A DNA stretch of 64,000 nt, from the NCBI GenBank assembly GCA_976226885.1, contig OZ320317.1:61256001-61320000 (forward strand), read 5' to 3'. The position numbers were made by a program, and so were the translations under genes. Positions 1-12,994 of this stretch are shown here, piece after piece (the stretch's first letter is position 1; each line of letters starts with the position of its first letter). The notes beneath the pieces are model-generated. The model was given only the letters and a program-made list of their open reading frames with translations. It did no database searches and was not told the origin of the DNA. The DNA comes from Iphione sp. A-MEVVRFRX5. Lineage: Eukaryota.

Positions 1-676
1 TTAACAAATATCTAGAAGCCATTGAAGTCTCGCAGCCTCATCCGATACACATCTCATTGCAATATGTTCGTATAATGTGAACTTAAGGTTTTTATTCTAA
101 CACACAGTAAGGTGAACGGACCGTACTTTTGTGCTTGGACTGTGGATGAAACCTCCAGAGTCTACCTTACTGTCTTTCTGCTGGGGGGAGGGAGCAGTAG
201 GTGATATTATACTCCTCACCACGCCATGGCACCACCCTCAGTTCTGTGCTCTACATGCCATTATAAATGGCATAGCAGTCCGGGAACAGTAAATATTTTT
301 GTTCGTAAAATTTATGTAATTTTTGTACCGATATTTGCTGTGTTTCTGCTGTTATAAACATGCAGAACGTCCTTTGAAAAGCATTTCGGTAATATATTCA
401 TGTCAATTAGCTTTGCCTGCCAAGAGGTAGAATCTGGCACATCATGCCCCTAGAGAGAAACAGTTGTGAGCATCATGCAGTAATACGGTCTGCATTCCTG
501 ACTGCAGGTCATTGAGTGACCACCATTCTGCACAGTAGTGGTAGTTCGCAAGGACATGTATCATTATAGGAACTGAAATTAAGGCTTTCTCATGAAATAT
601 TGTGCTGAACAACCCAATAGTGGGAACCACACACACTTGAACTTTTGTTGATCATGTGACCTTGTAACGACACAAT

Positions 677-1570
677 ATGGCATCAAATAAGGTGAACAGC
701 CAGACAACTAACCAGTCAGGGCCAGCCTCCTCAGTGAAGCAAACGGGGGATATACGACACCAACCCAGAAAATGCCAAAAAGGCAGCAAAGTCCAAAATA
801 AAGGATACAGTGTCTGAGAGGCCCTCCAGGACTAAGCAACAGAAACCCATGTCTGCTATGCTAGATGCAATGATGTCTTTGAATCAGACAATGGCTGGTT
901 TCAAAGACAATATGGCTGGATTCTGCTCAGACTTCAGAGGAGAGTTGTCTCTCATGGCGGATGCCCTGAATTCAGGTTCACAGAGCCCAAGTCACTAAAG
1001 CTAGGGTAACTACACAATTTTTGTCAGCAACACGCTCAAATTTGGTGACCGGCAGGACCAGATCCATACCATAGGCACCATCGCAGGTGCCGCCAATACT
1101 GGGGCCCAGGAATTAGGACCGCCAGTGACAAGGAAAAGCCTCCCAGCCAAATGCCGCTTAAATCAGTTGTTTTTTGTCACATTTAATGAAATGAAGTTAA
1201 CAAGAGATTAGGCATGTCCTTTGAAGAAGGGATGGATTGTCCTAATGAGCGATTTTTTTTAGTCGGGGCACGTTTGGCTTTGTTAACGAGTCTTCAGTCA
1301 CGCTAGGGATCTCACCGTAGCCATTCTGGACGATCACGCAAGTGCAGCACACGTGTTGGCAAAAAGCCTGGATGCCAGGTGCGGCCCACAGGACACAACT
1401 AAGTTGGAAGGTACCGGCGGTATATAGCGGCACTCATTAACCAGAACTCGGACCCAGTCGCTTAGAATGGAGATTGAGCCAAGGTCAGCAGGTTTGAACC
1501 TGGAGGCGGTCCCGATTTCCTCTTTCCTTCGATTCCTAAGTAGATCAAAAGAAGAATCTTACCGATAGCA
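677..1570 (+). mobile_element. Degenerate gag-like ORF of a DIRS-type (tyrosine recombinase) retrotransposon
   Basis: Frameshifted, stop-broken frame from ATG 677. A helical segment (MLDAMMSLNQTMAGF) is followed by ELGPPV..LNQLF..FNEMKL, then LDA and LRMEIEP..VPISSFL, resembling the DIRS gag signature as I recall it. No intact RT or YR seen. Confidence 0.5.
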
Positions 1571-4299
1571 TGTCGTCAGGCCCTGGAAGTCTAACGACTA
1601 TACACACAGTACACTGTCCAAGGTGACCACGTCCACCTCCTATCTTAATCATTGTCCGCCTATCCCTTAGTGCACTGCTCCCAACTGGGGCTTTGGACTT
1701 ACCACAATCGTCCGATGCACGTCGTTGTGGCCTTTAAGTCAAATGCTTGTAGGCATCTTGGTCTTTTTTCAAGTGTCGTGTGGATGAAGTGGTCCTGCTT
1801 TACGGTTAAAGTAAAATTGTTCTTACCAGAAGTGTACTAGGATTTTTTTTTATCATGGCTAACAGGATAACCGACATATGCAGGTGATATGTACACCAAA
1901 ATCATATTTTCATTTTTAATGTAAGGTCCTTCAAGTCAGCGTTTCTGAAGATATTTTTCCACCTTCCTATCTTTTTCGCAAAGCTACTTATTAGAATACT
2001 ACCATCCTCATATGACATTGCCACTACCCCATGGATCACCTGACACTAGTATTCAGATGAACATGGCAAGCAAAGCTGCACCCCCTTTTTTATAGTAATC
2101 CACGCTTTACTTAATACAATGGGATAAGCTCAGATTTGCCGCCCCTCGCCTGATCTTTTGTACAAATATCACAAGAGGAGTTCACAGATGGAACGTGCCA
2201 GATCTAACACCCAACTAATGGGTATCATGTGGGCAGGCAGTGCTCTGGCAGTAGGCCAAACTGCTTCTACGAATATTCGGCCTGCTTACGGGCTAGCAGT
2301 TTATCCTGCCAGAGAATTGTCCCTCAGTGCCATGAACTTGGGTTTCGGCGGGGTTAACTGGCAGTATCCCTATTTAGTGACGGCCGAATCGCAGTCACCG
2401 TGCACAGGTTCGAAGAGCGTTTATCTTGATTTCCCGGCATGAGAGCGAAGGTTTGCTGTCGGAAAGATGATGAGCGCCAGTTGTTTGAATTTGAGCCTGG
2501 CTTGCCTCCTCCGCCCACCTGCCGGAGTGTTACAGGGCCAGCATTGGTTGCTTGCCAGGTCTGCTTTTCATTGCTGATCCACCAAGGTGAGCTAGGCAGC
2601 ATCATGGCGCTGTGCGGCGGCAGTGGCAAGTCTTGAATAAGACTGTATCGCGTGGATTTGTGCATAAGCTGATAAACATGTGGACAGGTGGATATGGATT
2701 ACTGTATGTGTGTGGCAGAAATCGACAGGCAGACGGCCAAGTTGATATAGATTTTAAGCTGACAGGCCGAGTGGATTAATAAATATTTTCTCATGGCAAT
2801 GAGATATTATTAAGCCTCTCTAAAAGTGATACGGGTGGTCTGGGGGCAGACACAGACACCGCGCGCCAACGGAATAGCAGGTGGGCCGAACAAAATAATA
2901 CACTAGCTTGCCACAGTAGCAAAGAGAACCAGGACTTCTGTAGTGAACAAAATAACAAAGCCACGAGCAGTTTATTTTTGTAAATATACTTAAGAGGCGA
3001 GAGATTCCTTGTTGACCTGATCCCCGCCAATAAATACAGGCCATCTGTGCTACAATAGTTGGCTACCACAGCCGAAGGCGGTACAGAGGCAGACTGACCG
3101 GGAAGGTTCCCCGGAGAGTCACCCGGGGCCGTGCTCGGGGTCAGGCGAGGGCACGGTGTCTTGTCACACGTATATGATAGTGCAGCCTGCTTTCTTGTAG
3201 ATTTGTCGTGCGTCGCGAATGGGATATTCTTCAGCGACAGTGATATTTCCATGAGTAGGGTCATCTAATGGATGCCATCATACAGGACTAATATTCCCTC
3301 GCTTCCCCGTCCCCTCGCGCCGCACGCGCATTAGGAACGACGTGGGCCATATTCTGCTCTGCATAATTTCTAATACGCACCAAACTGAAGTCCCCAATCC
3401 TCATATGTTCAAACTAATTGTAATCAATAAGGTATTTGGCGAAGTACGTATTCTACCTTGTCACCAAGGGTGACTGGAGGGCAAAGTTTGCTGTCTTTAA
3501 GCTGTCTCCTGTCTACTTATACTATATACTAGTTTTTACAATATTGCCAATCTGTCCACCCTCGAAGTTTGGCCCATATCTCTATCCTGATCATCATTTC
3601 GATACGAAAGCCATAGATGTGACGTTCTAGAGATGTTGCGGAATGCCATCTAGAGAGAAAAAAACGTGTCATCTTTCAGAAAGATTCAGCTGCCATTCTG
3701 AACAATACCGGCATGAGTCCTTTAAGTTGATGGCAAAACCAGAGCCACGAAGGTATCGTCTGTTTTGGTCTCTCCTTCATCTGAAACGAGAAGTTTATAT
3801 CAGAGTCTCTTCACAGTGCGTTGAAATAAGAGACGCGTACCCCAGTTCCAGTTACACTTGAGGCTAGACAGAGAACATGGGCCTGACCTGTGGACACTAC
3901 GACACCGTGTATGCATGGGAGACGTTTTTCAGGAGCCAGCCGTACCACCCTGAACCAAGAAAAATTCGCCTTTCACCAACAGTTATGAGTGCCTCCGGTG
4001 ATGTCTGTCATCACCCCACTCTGCAACCAACACGCCCCTACCCATCCCCCACCACCCCTACCCCTTTCAAACACCCCAGACTCAAAAGTTGTATTCGCCG
4101 CTGGCGTCCATGCGGGAAGCCCACACTTGTGCTGATATAGGTCACGTGACTAACATTAACCTTTTCCGCATCCGGTCCGGTCCCGGGGATATGTGCGTCA
4201 CTTTGGTGAACATGTCCACCTTCATCATAAAAGATGTCCTGTCAGTAGTTGTCGCCAGTAAAAATCCGCCCTAGCTAGTTTTCACTCAAGTTTCCTTTC

Positions 4300-4740
4300 C
4301 GTCATCTGTATTTATTATGTTGTGTTGTATTCTTTGTTTTATCTCTATCTGCCTACCTACCGTACCGCTCACAATTTCCTCTTCCTTTACTCCGTCTTGG
4401 AACACGTTGGTCTGCCGTAGACAGTGATTAAAATATGATACTGTCGGTCCTTTTCAAACGCCTTTTCGTCTCTATCGGTTTTATTTTCCTCCCGTGTTAC
4501 ATGCACATGTACTTTTCCATCTGTTTGATTAAACACACACCTAGCGCCTTTCTGACCATGTTATCTGTCCGCTGTTTGTCTCGATCACTCTCAACCATCC
4601 GCCCATCTCACTCTCTCCTCTGTCTTTCATTTTGCCTACTTCTTACAGGCAGTTCCCTACCATGTTCATTCCAAGGGCTCCCAGGTGCTGTCCCTAACCC
4701 CAACCCACCTAGTCGCTTCTCCTACTTGTGCTCTCCTCTC
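4300..4740 (-). mobile_element. Possible decayed LINE RT fragment
   Basis: The minus strand reads WLRVIETNSGQITWSERR*VC at about 4543-4597, similar to LGVIID..LTW.EHI..VC. Strong purine bias on that strand. Confidence 0.25.
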
Positions 4741-5169
4741 GCGTCGCGACGCTGACACTTCTGACACGACGTGCCCAGTGGGGCCTCCCAAAAGTCTTTC
4801 GCTTCCAGCGCACGTGCACAGTTGTAGTATTGGCAGCGACACCTCACGGAACGCGCGTGTCAAATGCTGTTGGCTGTCGGAATATTTAGCGGGGAAACAA
4901 TTTGATCTGCCAGGGACCATCTACCCGCCTGCCCCTCACCCGTACAACGGAGGTTGGGGAGGGTGAGGGTGCAGGGATCCGCTATGCCTGATACAATAGC
5001 CTCTATCATGACAGCTCATTTCAACTCATGGTCACAAGGGCTGCAGGCATTCCAGTGTGACCCTTTAACCTTCGTAAGGGCGCTACCATATTATACATAT
5101 AGCTCGCAAGAATCAAATGTCTAATACAGTTGGCTTTTAGGTGCAAATATCTTAAATGAGCCTGGACAA

Positions 5170-5716
5170 GTTTAATGTAAAAAGTTTAAAAAGACTCTTA
5201 AATCTTGATCCCTATATATACTCCCACAAGAGAATTACATAGATTAAACAATATGTTGCTAGTAACGAAGAAAATTGTATTACATAAACTCATAAGAGGT
5301 TATATGGGTATAAGAGGATATCTACCGAATTTTGAACAGCAACACTACATCAAGAAAGAGGTAACGGTAGATACAAGACAGGGTGACATGGATAAATTTT
5401 ATTTAACCACATTAAAAAAGGAGATATTATTTAAAAGCACAAGAAATATGGTACAAAAAGAATGGAATAATCACAGATGTAAACCTGATGCTGGACTAAC
5501 AATTGATGATTTCAAACAATATTACAAACACCGGTTCCTAGAAAATGACTAACTGAATTATATTTCTATCATAGAAGCTTAAAAAGAATAGTACACTTGG
5601 CCTATACAGGGATCAGACTGTTCAAACAAATTGTCACGCACTGTATTAGTGATTGAAGAATACCAATATATATCGATCTTTCACTATGAATAAACATACA
5701 TACATACATACATACA
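5170..5716 (+). mobile_element. 3' fragment of an AT-rich CR1/L2-type LINE
   Basis: ORF 5205-5552 resembles the CR1/L2 ORF2 C-terminus (LHKLIRG..YLP..TRQ..KEWNN..TIDDFK). Ends in AATAAA (5689) plus a (CATA)n tail. Confidence 0.75.
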
Positions 5717-6699
5717 ATGTACATACATATCTCCGTTAGAGACGGTGAGTTTTCCGGACGTATAAGTACATGTGATTGAGTATGGCATTAATGACATAAA
5801 ATGAAGGACAGCTCTAGAAATGTGAGGGCTGCGCATCGCCGTGGCTTCTCCTGTCCTCAGATGACGACTTGTGTTACCTCTCGTGTTGCTTGATTTGTCA
5901 GGTAGGGGGCGACAGGGGGGGGGGGTGTCAGGTTGTAAGTAGTAGCCTACCCCAGAACGTTGGTTTTATAACTTCCAGTCGAATTCGACTATTTTACCTA
6001 CTTCGGAGAGGTGTATTTCTAAGAGAGACTTAAAGTCTTCGAATAATCGTGCATGCATTTTGTCGTTTTCAGTTGAAGAGAGCGAAATGTGTTTCAAAAC
6101 AGATAAAGAGTGACAGGGAAAAGACGGACCCAAACATGAAGAGAAGAGTTAAAAAGACATTCTTTCCAAATGTATGATATCTTTTTCTCTTTCATTTTCT
6201 CTCTCTGTGTCTGATTACCTCTACTTTGTTTGCTTTTCCTCTGTCCTTTTTCCCGTAATAGGAATTTATCAGTAGTACCACGCAACATAGAAACTGACTG
6301 AAATGTATGGTAGGAGAGAACCTGAGATTGTTAGGTCAACAGTATACAGTATACAAGCCAGTAACTGTAGAAAAGCCGCGTCCGAGCGGCGATTCTTGCA
6401 TGAGGTAGCTGTCATATCAAGTAAAGTATTAAAGGTAATGCCATCCGCATGATCAGCTTCCTTTTCAGACTAAGACTACAGGTCTTCGGACGTGGATTGG
6501 TCGGTTGTAGCAATGTTCTATTTGTATTCATCTTGACCTTTGTGATAGATATCGTACTTCAGGTAGACATCATTACGTACTATGTATTGTCAGGACTCAT
6601 ACTTTGTACAGCCTTCATGTGACGTACAGGTAGGTGATACTTTGCAAAGGCAAAGAAAGAAAATCGAATGCGGAAATCGAAATAACGAACACACTAAAG

Positions 6700-6900
6700 G
6701 TCAGCATTCAAACTGTTGCTAAGTTGATGGAAAGGATATGCAATGGAGTCCTGTAATCCGGGCACCTTAGATAAGGATAGATTGAGTAACAAGCCATATA
6801 TAACAATAACACACAAAAGTGTTTCTTCTGGAGAACACGTTAAGCGTAAGTCTAGTCTTGCAGGCTCAGATGTTGGCACAAAATAGCAAGGCTGACGTGG
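6700..6900 (+). mobile_element. Possible decayed LINE RT fragment
   Basis: YITITHKSVSSGEHVKRKSSLA at about 6797-6860 resembles LGVTID.KLS..EHV....SKA. Confidence 0.25.
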
Positions 6901-7043
6901 AAAAATAGCAAGTAGGAAGAAAATAACACACCGACCGACTGACAGTAACGAAAGCAAACGTGGAACTGATAAAGAAACGAACGTTTTATAAGAGAGTGTG
7001 TGCGTATGTTTGTGTACGTGTGTGTATGTTAAGGATGCACCTA

Positions 7044-7218
7044 TAGTCGGAACTCTATTTACAACCATATCAAGTTGTCACCATTCTCTATTTGTGACCA
7101 TCTCAGATGGGTACCAAATGCTGATTTCTGTAGAATTGATACTCTATTTGCGACCAAATTCACTAATCAGACCATTTTCCTTGGTCCCAACTGGTGGTCG
7201 GAAATAGAGACTCGACTG
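7044..7218. mobile_element. pogo/Tigger-like MITE with TA target duplication
   Basis: TA|tagtcggaactctatttacaacca ... tggtcggaaatagagactcgactg|TA gives about 24-bp imperfect TIRs. Internal copies of ctctatttNNgacca at 7086 and 7142. Confidence 0.75.
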
Positions 7219-8030
7219 TATGTATATCTGTAGATTGTAGGGAGGGGTGGAGGGTTTCCAGGAGCCAAGTTACATTGAGTTTCCAGCCAGCCTAGAATAT
7301 TGATCAGGGTGTAGGTGAGCGACCCGCCCGGGACGTATGTCCCGGTGGCTTTTCTACTGTTGTAGTCTCCTGGGCAGATGAATGTAGAGTGTTTGGAGGT
7401 AGCTGTGTAAGTGTGATCGATTCTTGGAGGAGGTCGAGAGCCGTGAGCAAATTAAATCTGCTCGACCCGGCACGGAGGTGGGCAGGCGATGAGCAGATAG
7501 TGGAAGAGCAGTGAGGCGTGCCAGAGAATGTCGGGTGGGTAGGAGGAGAAGGGGGCGTCAAGGCCACTATCACACTTCCATTCATTACTGGTTTGACACC
7601 GATAACAGTACAAGCTTCTGTCTGTTATTACAGGTATTGTATCCTGTAATTAGCGCTTTACTGATTTTTTAACGGCACAAATTGATGGCACCCAGTTTAT
7701 CCTAGACGTATGGTCACATTAACACCTCCTGAGGAAGTTACTCTTTACAACACAGTATTTAGAGCACGGAATCTGATAACCCCATGATATTTTACATTTT
7801 ACTTAAAAATAATCAAACCTTGTTTGTTAAAAAGCAACATGTACATCTGAAGAACACGGTCACAGGACACACATGTACACATGAGGTATAATTTCACGTA
7901 GGCATAGAGTTAAGGTGGCTTTGCGTCTCTGGTCCAAAGTCGAGCATAATAGCATGGATTACAGCAGCAGGGAACAGGTTTCAGGCGCATTATGAGTTGT
8001 CGCAGTTGGCTTCTTTTTAGTGCCTCTAAT

Positions 8031-8235
8031 CCCTTCAATGTCAGAGGCAGCTCATTCTAGGGAAATAGGTGACTATGGAAACGGCTGTGTATACCCATCA
8101 ACGTGAGAGGCAGCTGATGTTTGGAAAGGCACTCAGTATGAATAGAGACCAGTCTGTATGAAATATTTAGATACTTAGAAGGTAAGATAGTGTGATTACG
8201 AACTTTTCAGTATGAAAGGCAGCCTCTGCTTTGAA
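8031..8235. repeat. Diverged tandem repeat, about 63-bp unit, 2-3 copies
   Basis: cccttcaatgtcagaggcagctc / cccatcaacgtgagaggcagctg / ttttcagtatgaaaggcagcctc. Confidence 0.55.
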
Positions 8236-9689
8236 AGCACACGTGTATGAATGTTGTTCAATAAGAATATTTTATTCACATAACTCTTAGTGAACAGGGG
8301 ATTTTTCATCCTTGCAAAGATAAAACTTATATGTGATTAAGCTTCACTAAGACTTTCATCCACATGGATATGTTGAGCACTATGGAACCTTTCATTCTTT
8401 TGTGATATACTTGAGTTTTGGCCTGTGCAAAAAGCTGCTTATTTATCGGGATAGACATTCACAGGAATAGAATGCCCCTGCAGCTGGCCAACAATCCTAG
8501 GTAGAAACACTGTCAGGAGAGATTGTAAAGTAAGATGTTAGCACTGAAAGTTTCTAGTTATCTACGTGCGCGTAGATAAATAGGCATTTCTTGAATAATG
8601 AAGTTTGGTGTATAGTTTTAGAGTTAGCACCCTTTGCTAATGCACAGGGCGTGCCAAGTCGAGGATACCTACGTGGCATATCCTATCCTATAGCATATCA
8701 AATCCTTACTGTTCACCTGTCATCTGCGCAGCCCACCCATCACGCACATTTGATAACGCGCCTCACACCACTCTGACCTGCTAACATTACCACGTGTACA
8801 CGTATTTATCTCTCCAAGTACAGTGTGTATGATCATCAGTCGTTTGTTGGCTGCAAGACTCCTCTTATACTTCTTACAACATCGACGAGCGCGCTTGGTA
8901 CCCTCTTGTACCTCTGACTCCCCCCTCCCTTGAGGCCACTAAGCGAGACCCCTGGTCCGGGATTAGCTGTTGTAACAAGACATGCCTTCTGTCTTGAGGG
9001 GACCGCCGTAACAGATACAACCCACAGGGAGAACACGCAAAACTAAGCAAACTCGATTTGGTGGGCGCCAGTTGGCTGGCGTTGGCCTTGGGCCCCATGT
9101 TAGCCTGAGGCCGGGTAGTCGTCTCTTAGAGGGTCTTGTTTTCCTACTGTAATTTACTTGGGACGGTGGCGTTTTGTTTCTGCACTCGTGAGCGGCACCC
9201 GCCAGCAGCAGGAGTTTTCATTTTTCTTTTATTTTATTCCTATTATTTTCCCTTGTCCCTACGTCGGCAAGCGGTGGAAATATATGAAAAACATAAGGAT
9301 AGAGACCCCTTTGTTTTATAGAAAGAAACTCGAAGAGGGCAGCGCTGCACGATTAAATTGTTACCACGCTGGAGGAGCTGTGAGTAGTATAGGAAAAGGT
9401 GCCATCGCCGCAGGTTGAAGTCTCTCTGTTGGTCGGCCTTTGGCTGGGGGTGAGTAGTGTATGGAAATGTGGCATTGCCCCTGGTAGGGTACAGTCCAGA
9501 ACCAGGCTGTGAAGGAAAACTAGGAGATAGGATTCAGAAATGAGGTACAGTCACAGCTCATTACTTCTCATCATTACTCGTCACAGCAAAGGAGTCCTAC
9601 GAAGGGACGAGACGGTATCAGGCGAGCCATGCAGTCCCCTTTCCTTTTATGTTTCTTACCTATGGCCATGCCTTTCAGTGTGATTGTTC

Positions 9690-9990
9690 CTCATAAGGAC
9701 CTGGCCTTCCAAAAAGAAGAAAAGGCAAAAAGAGTGGAGAAGTCCTCGGGGAACCTCAACCGGAGTGAGCGGGTGGCGCGGGGGGAATATGTTGTCAGGT
9801 TGCGTCTTACCGACTGTAATCATTTCCCGCGCAGTGACAGTGGGGAACCTAATTACAGGCAGGAGATTGTGCGTCTCTGCACCTCACCCCCAGGATATTT
9901 GGTGCTCCAGTGGGTGGGCAGGAATCGAATACCTTACAGGGCTGCAGAAGGAAGCAAAAGATGCCCCCTTTGGTCGACATTTAATGAGAC
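9690..9990 (+). mobile_element. Decayed L2-type RT C-terminal fragment
   Basis: RRLCVSAPHPQDIWCSSGWAG..LTGLQKEA resembles R.LY..LV.PHLDYCSSVWSG...L..LQK. Confidence 0.35.
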
Positions 9991-12815
9991 ATGATCCACA
10001 CTCCAGCTCCTATGTTCCGATATACCATGAGGTGGATACCTGGTACAACTGTATATGGTTTGAATGCGAAAGTCAGGGCACATTGCGACATAGTTTTGTC
10101 ATATGCTTATGTACAGAACCAGGCTTTCGTCCGCAGGTTCCCTCATCAGTTGTGTAGCTGATAGGGCTTTCGTCAGGTATGTTGTCAGATAAGGCAGCTG
10201 ACGAAAATGTTCAATTCTAACGTCGGCTCAGCTACTGCCGATCCAGTCCTTTAGGCATATGTCCTTTTTCCATCTCACCGAATCAAGCAACTCTCATGCA
10301 GATCGCATAGGGACAGTGGGAGTGGGACAAACAATCCTCTTTATTCAGTCAGCGGAACTGGCATACCTTGGGACACAAATAATTTCCTCCATTATTTTAA
10401 TGTTCGAAAGATGGCCTACTTGATTGGAGAGCGTAGGCCTATGTTAACAATCGATTTAAAAGAGGACTGAATATGAGGTACTAAATCCCAGCCGAATAAA
10501 CAAGGATAAAAATCTCATATTAATCAAAGCTTCAGGTGATAAGCTCATTTCTGTTACATGTATTTGTCATAGTTTTACGTCTATAATGTCTGTCTTCAGT
10601 AGTAAGTCCATAATTATAATAAAGGTTACAGAATTTTTATGCCCGTAAAAAGCAATCGATAAGGAATTCTGTCGCACTATGCATTGCCGTCTTTCACCAG
10701 AAGGCATTCATTTTCAGCAGGGTTTTTCGGTGAGGGCAATTCTCTAAACAGCAAGTTATTAGAAATAAAACAAAGATCGTGCTTTTTAGGGAAAAAAAAT
10801 AAGTCCAAAAACCAATGGAGAGAGACATAAGAGGAATTTGGAATATATGGAGTGTTAAACTGAGACGAATATCCTCTGGCTGTTTGGGAGGCATTATATA
10901 TCTTAATATCAGCTTGAACCTTAGGCCGTGTAGTATGCGGGAGGTGAAGATCGGCTGGCCCTTTTGGCCTGCCACATACACATCTTGGCCGATCACAGGA
11001 GGATGCAGTGATCAGAGAGGCAATGGGAGTGCCCTGTAAGGGGGGTACGACCTTCCCTTTAAGGCTGTCACAGTGATGAAGCACTTCAATTACGGCGGCA
11101 GTGATTACGCTGTTTCATTTGTACACTGGCCACTTAGCCACCAGGCTGCGGAGCGCCATCAAGCGAACACTTTGGCCACCCAGCGGCCTAGTCGTTGAAA
11201 GTCTCCTCTCATATATACGTGTAGTATCTATAGGCGGTAGTGGTAGACAAGTGCAAGAGGCAGGCTTTCATTACATTTCAACGGCTGCATTATATGTATA
11301 TATTTCTGGCCATCACCTAGTCGCTTCGGCTGAAGATAGCTGAAACTGTTTTCACAATATTACTGGTGACTGATAAGATAAAATGCGCTGTAGCTGGATG
11401 TCAGAAAGGTTTAGCATAGTGGACATTTAACTGGAATATAAAATCACGTAATGTCAAATTGAGCCGTGACTGACCAACGAATTCTGTGAACTTACCTATT
11501 TCAGTTCAGCTGACAATTCCCTTTATGCTGTTGTATTTACGTCTGACAGCTGCAACAGACTGATATTAACAGAGTATTTGTTAATTTCAGTGTAGAATAT
11601 AATAGAAAGCCGTATGTGACTGGCCCACACCCTCTCGATGTATGCGCGGGCACACTCGTGTAGTATTATGCATACACGAGCCTGTAAATAAACAGGATGT
11701 CAGCTAGCCTCCTCTCAAGCTTGATGCCAAAAGCAACATGTCAGATGCTATGTTTAGCTTAGCCTGGATCTGCTTCATCGTTGCTCGTTGCTGCAGGTTT
11801 CTTGTTACATTTACAGCGTGTTGTCTTTGGTGTTTTGCACATCATGACATTTTGCTTCATTCTGAAAGTCAGACCCACAAACATATTAGTGTGGCAGTTG
11901 TTGTGTTCAGAGCGGTGTGTGCTTTGATCCGACCAGAGAGAAACGAATGACAAATAGTTGTCCCGAATTCCCTTTTACAAACAGCAAAACGAAACTTGAA
12001 ACGGCAATGCGAACTTTCAACTCTCTTGTTTCAGTAGAACAACATCATCCCATCCTTTATCCGGTAGATGGTCGTTCCTTTACCACCATTTAACTCTGAA
12101 TATTGCCTCCGATTGCTGCAAACACTCCCGCAACAATACCTCCTTTTTTCGACTACAGTACATCAATATTCCTCCTGTGTGCACTGTATTTTTATACAGT
12201 TCTTTTTTTCCCAGTTTGCCTACGCAGTGCTTGTCACATTCTCATTTCCGTCGCTGTCATGACGCATCTGATAAGTACTTTCTTGTGTCTTGTGGTCTGT
12301 GCAGAACACAGGCGGAGGCAGCACGTGCGTTATTTTTTTTAATTCTCTCGCCTCGCCTCCCCTCCCCTCACTCTCGCATCTATGCAGATAGTGATGGCAT
12401 CTGAAGTTTTCAGAGGCACACTGGCGATTACATTTAGATGTTAATCCTAGAACAATGGTGACACAGAAGCACATATTACATTTTGAATAATGGGAACAGA
12501 GGGATCGGGATCTCCTACACACATGCGACGCTCTTAATTGCGTATTATTAATCGTAGGATGAGGGTGTAATCTTTTTTCTAGAGCGACACATGGAGTGTT
12601 CTTGGATAGATCCGAGTCTTGGGATAGGCACCGATGGAAGAGGCCACTTTCCTATATGTAGACGCATGTCTAATATACGTTCTATATATGTCCATATATA
12701 CACAGTTCATAGTCTTTTTAGGTAGGGATCCATACAATGCCATGTTTATCCTGACGTAAGAGTGTGTAGCGACTTTGCCAAGGTCGCCCATGAAGATTTC
12801 GAATTTATATATATA

Positions 12816-12994
12816 CAGTAGAAAGCCACCTTAGGGACACGTCTCCAATAGGGACATGTCTCTAATAGGGACACTTTGGAGGGAGAACAGATTCTATTTG
12901 TTCTATATTAAAAGAAGTCTCTAATATGGACACATCTCAAATGGGGACACTTTGGGACAGAACCAAGGTTGTCCTGATTAGAGGCTTTCCACTG
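12816..12994. mobile_element. pogo/Tigger-like MITE with TA target duplication
   Basis: TA|cagtagaaagcc ... ggctttccactg|TA, with about five internal copies of tctctaatagggacac. Confidence 0.85.

Noticed and set aside
2660-2990. Minus-strand hydrophobic stretches and KIYINLAV resembling a GPCR TM1-TM2
   Set aside because: Spacing does not fit class A GPCRs, other motifs are missing and there are many stops.
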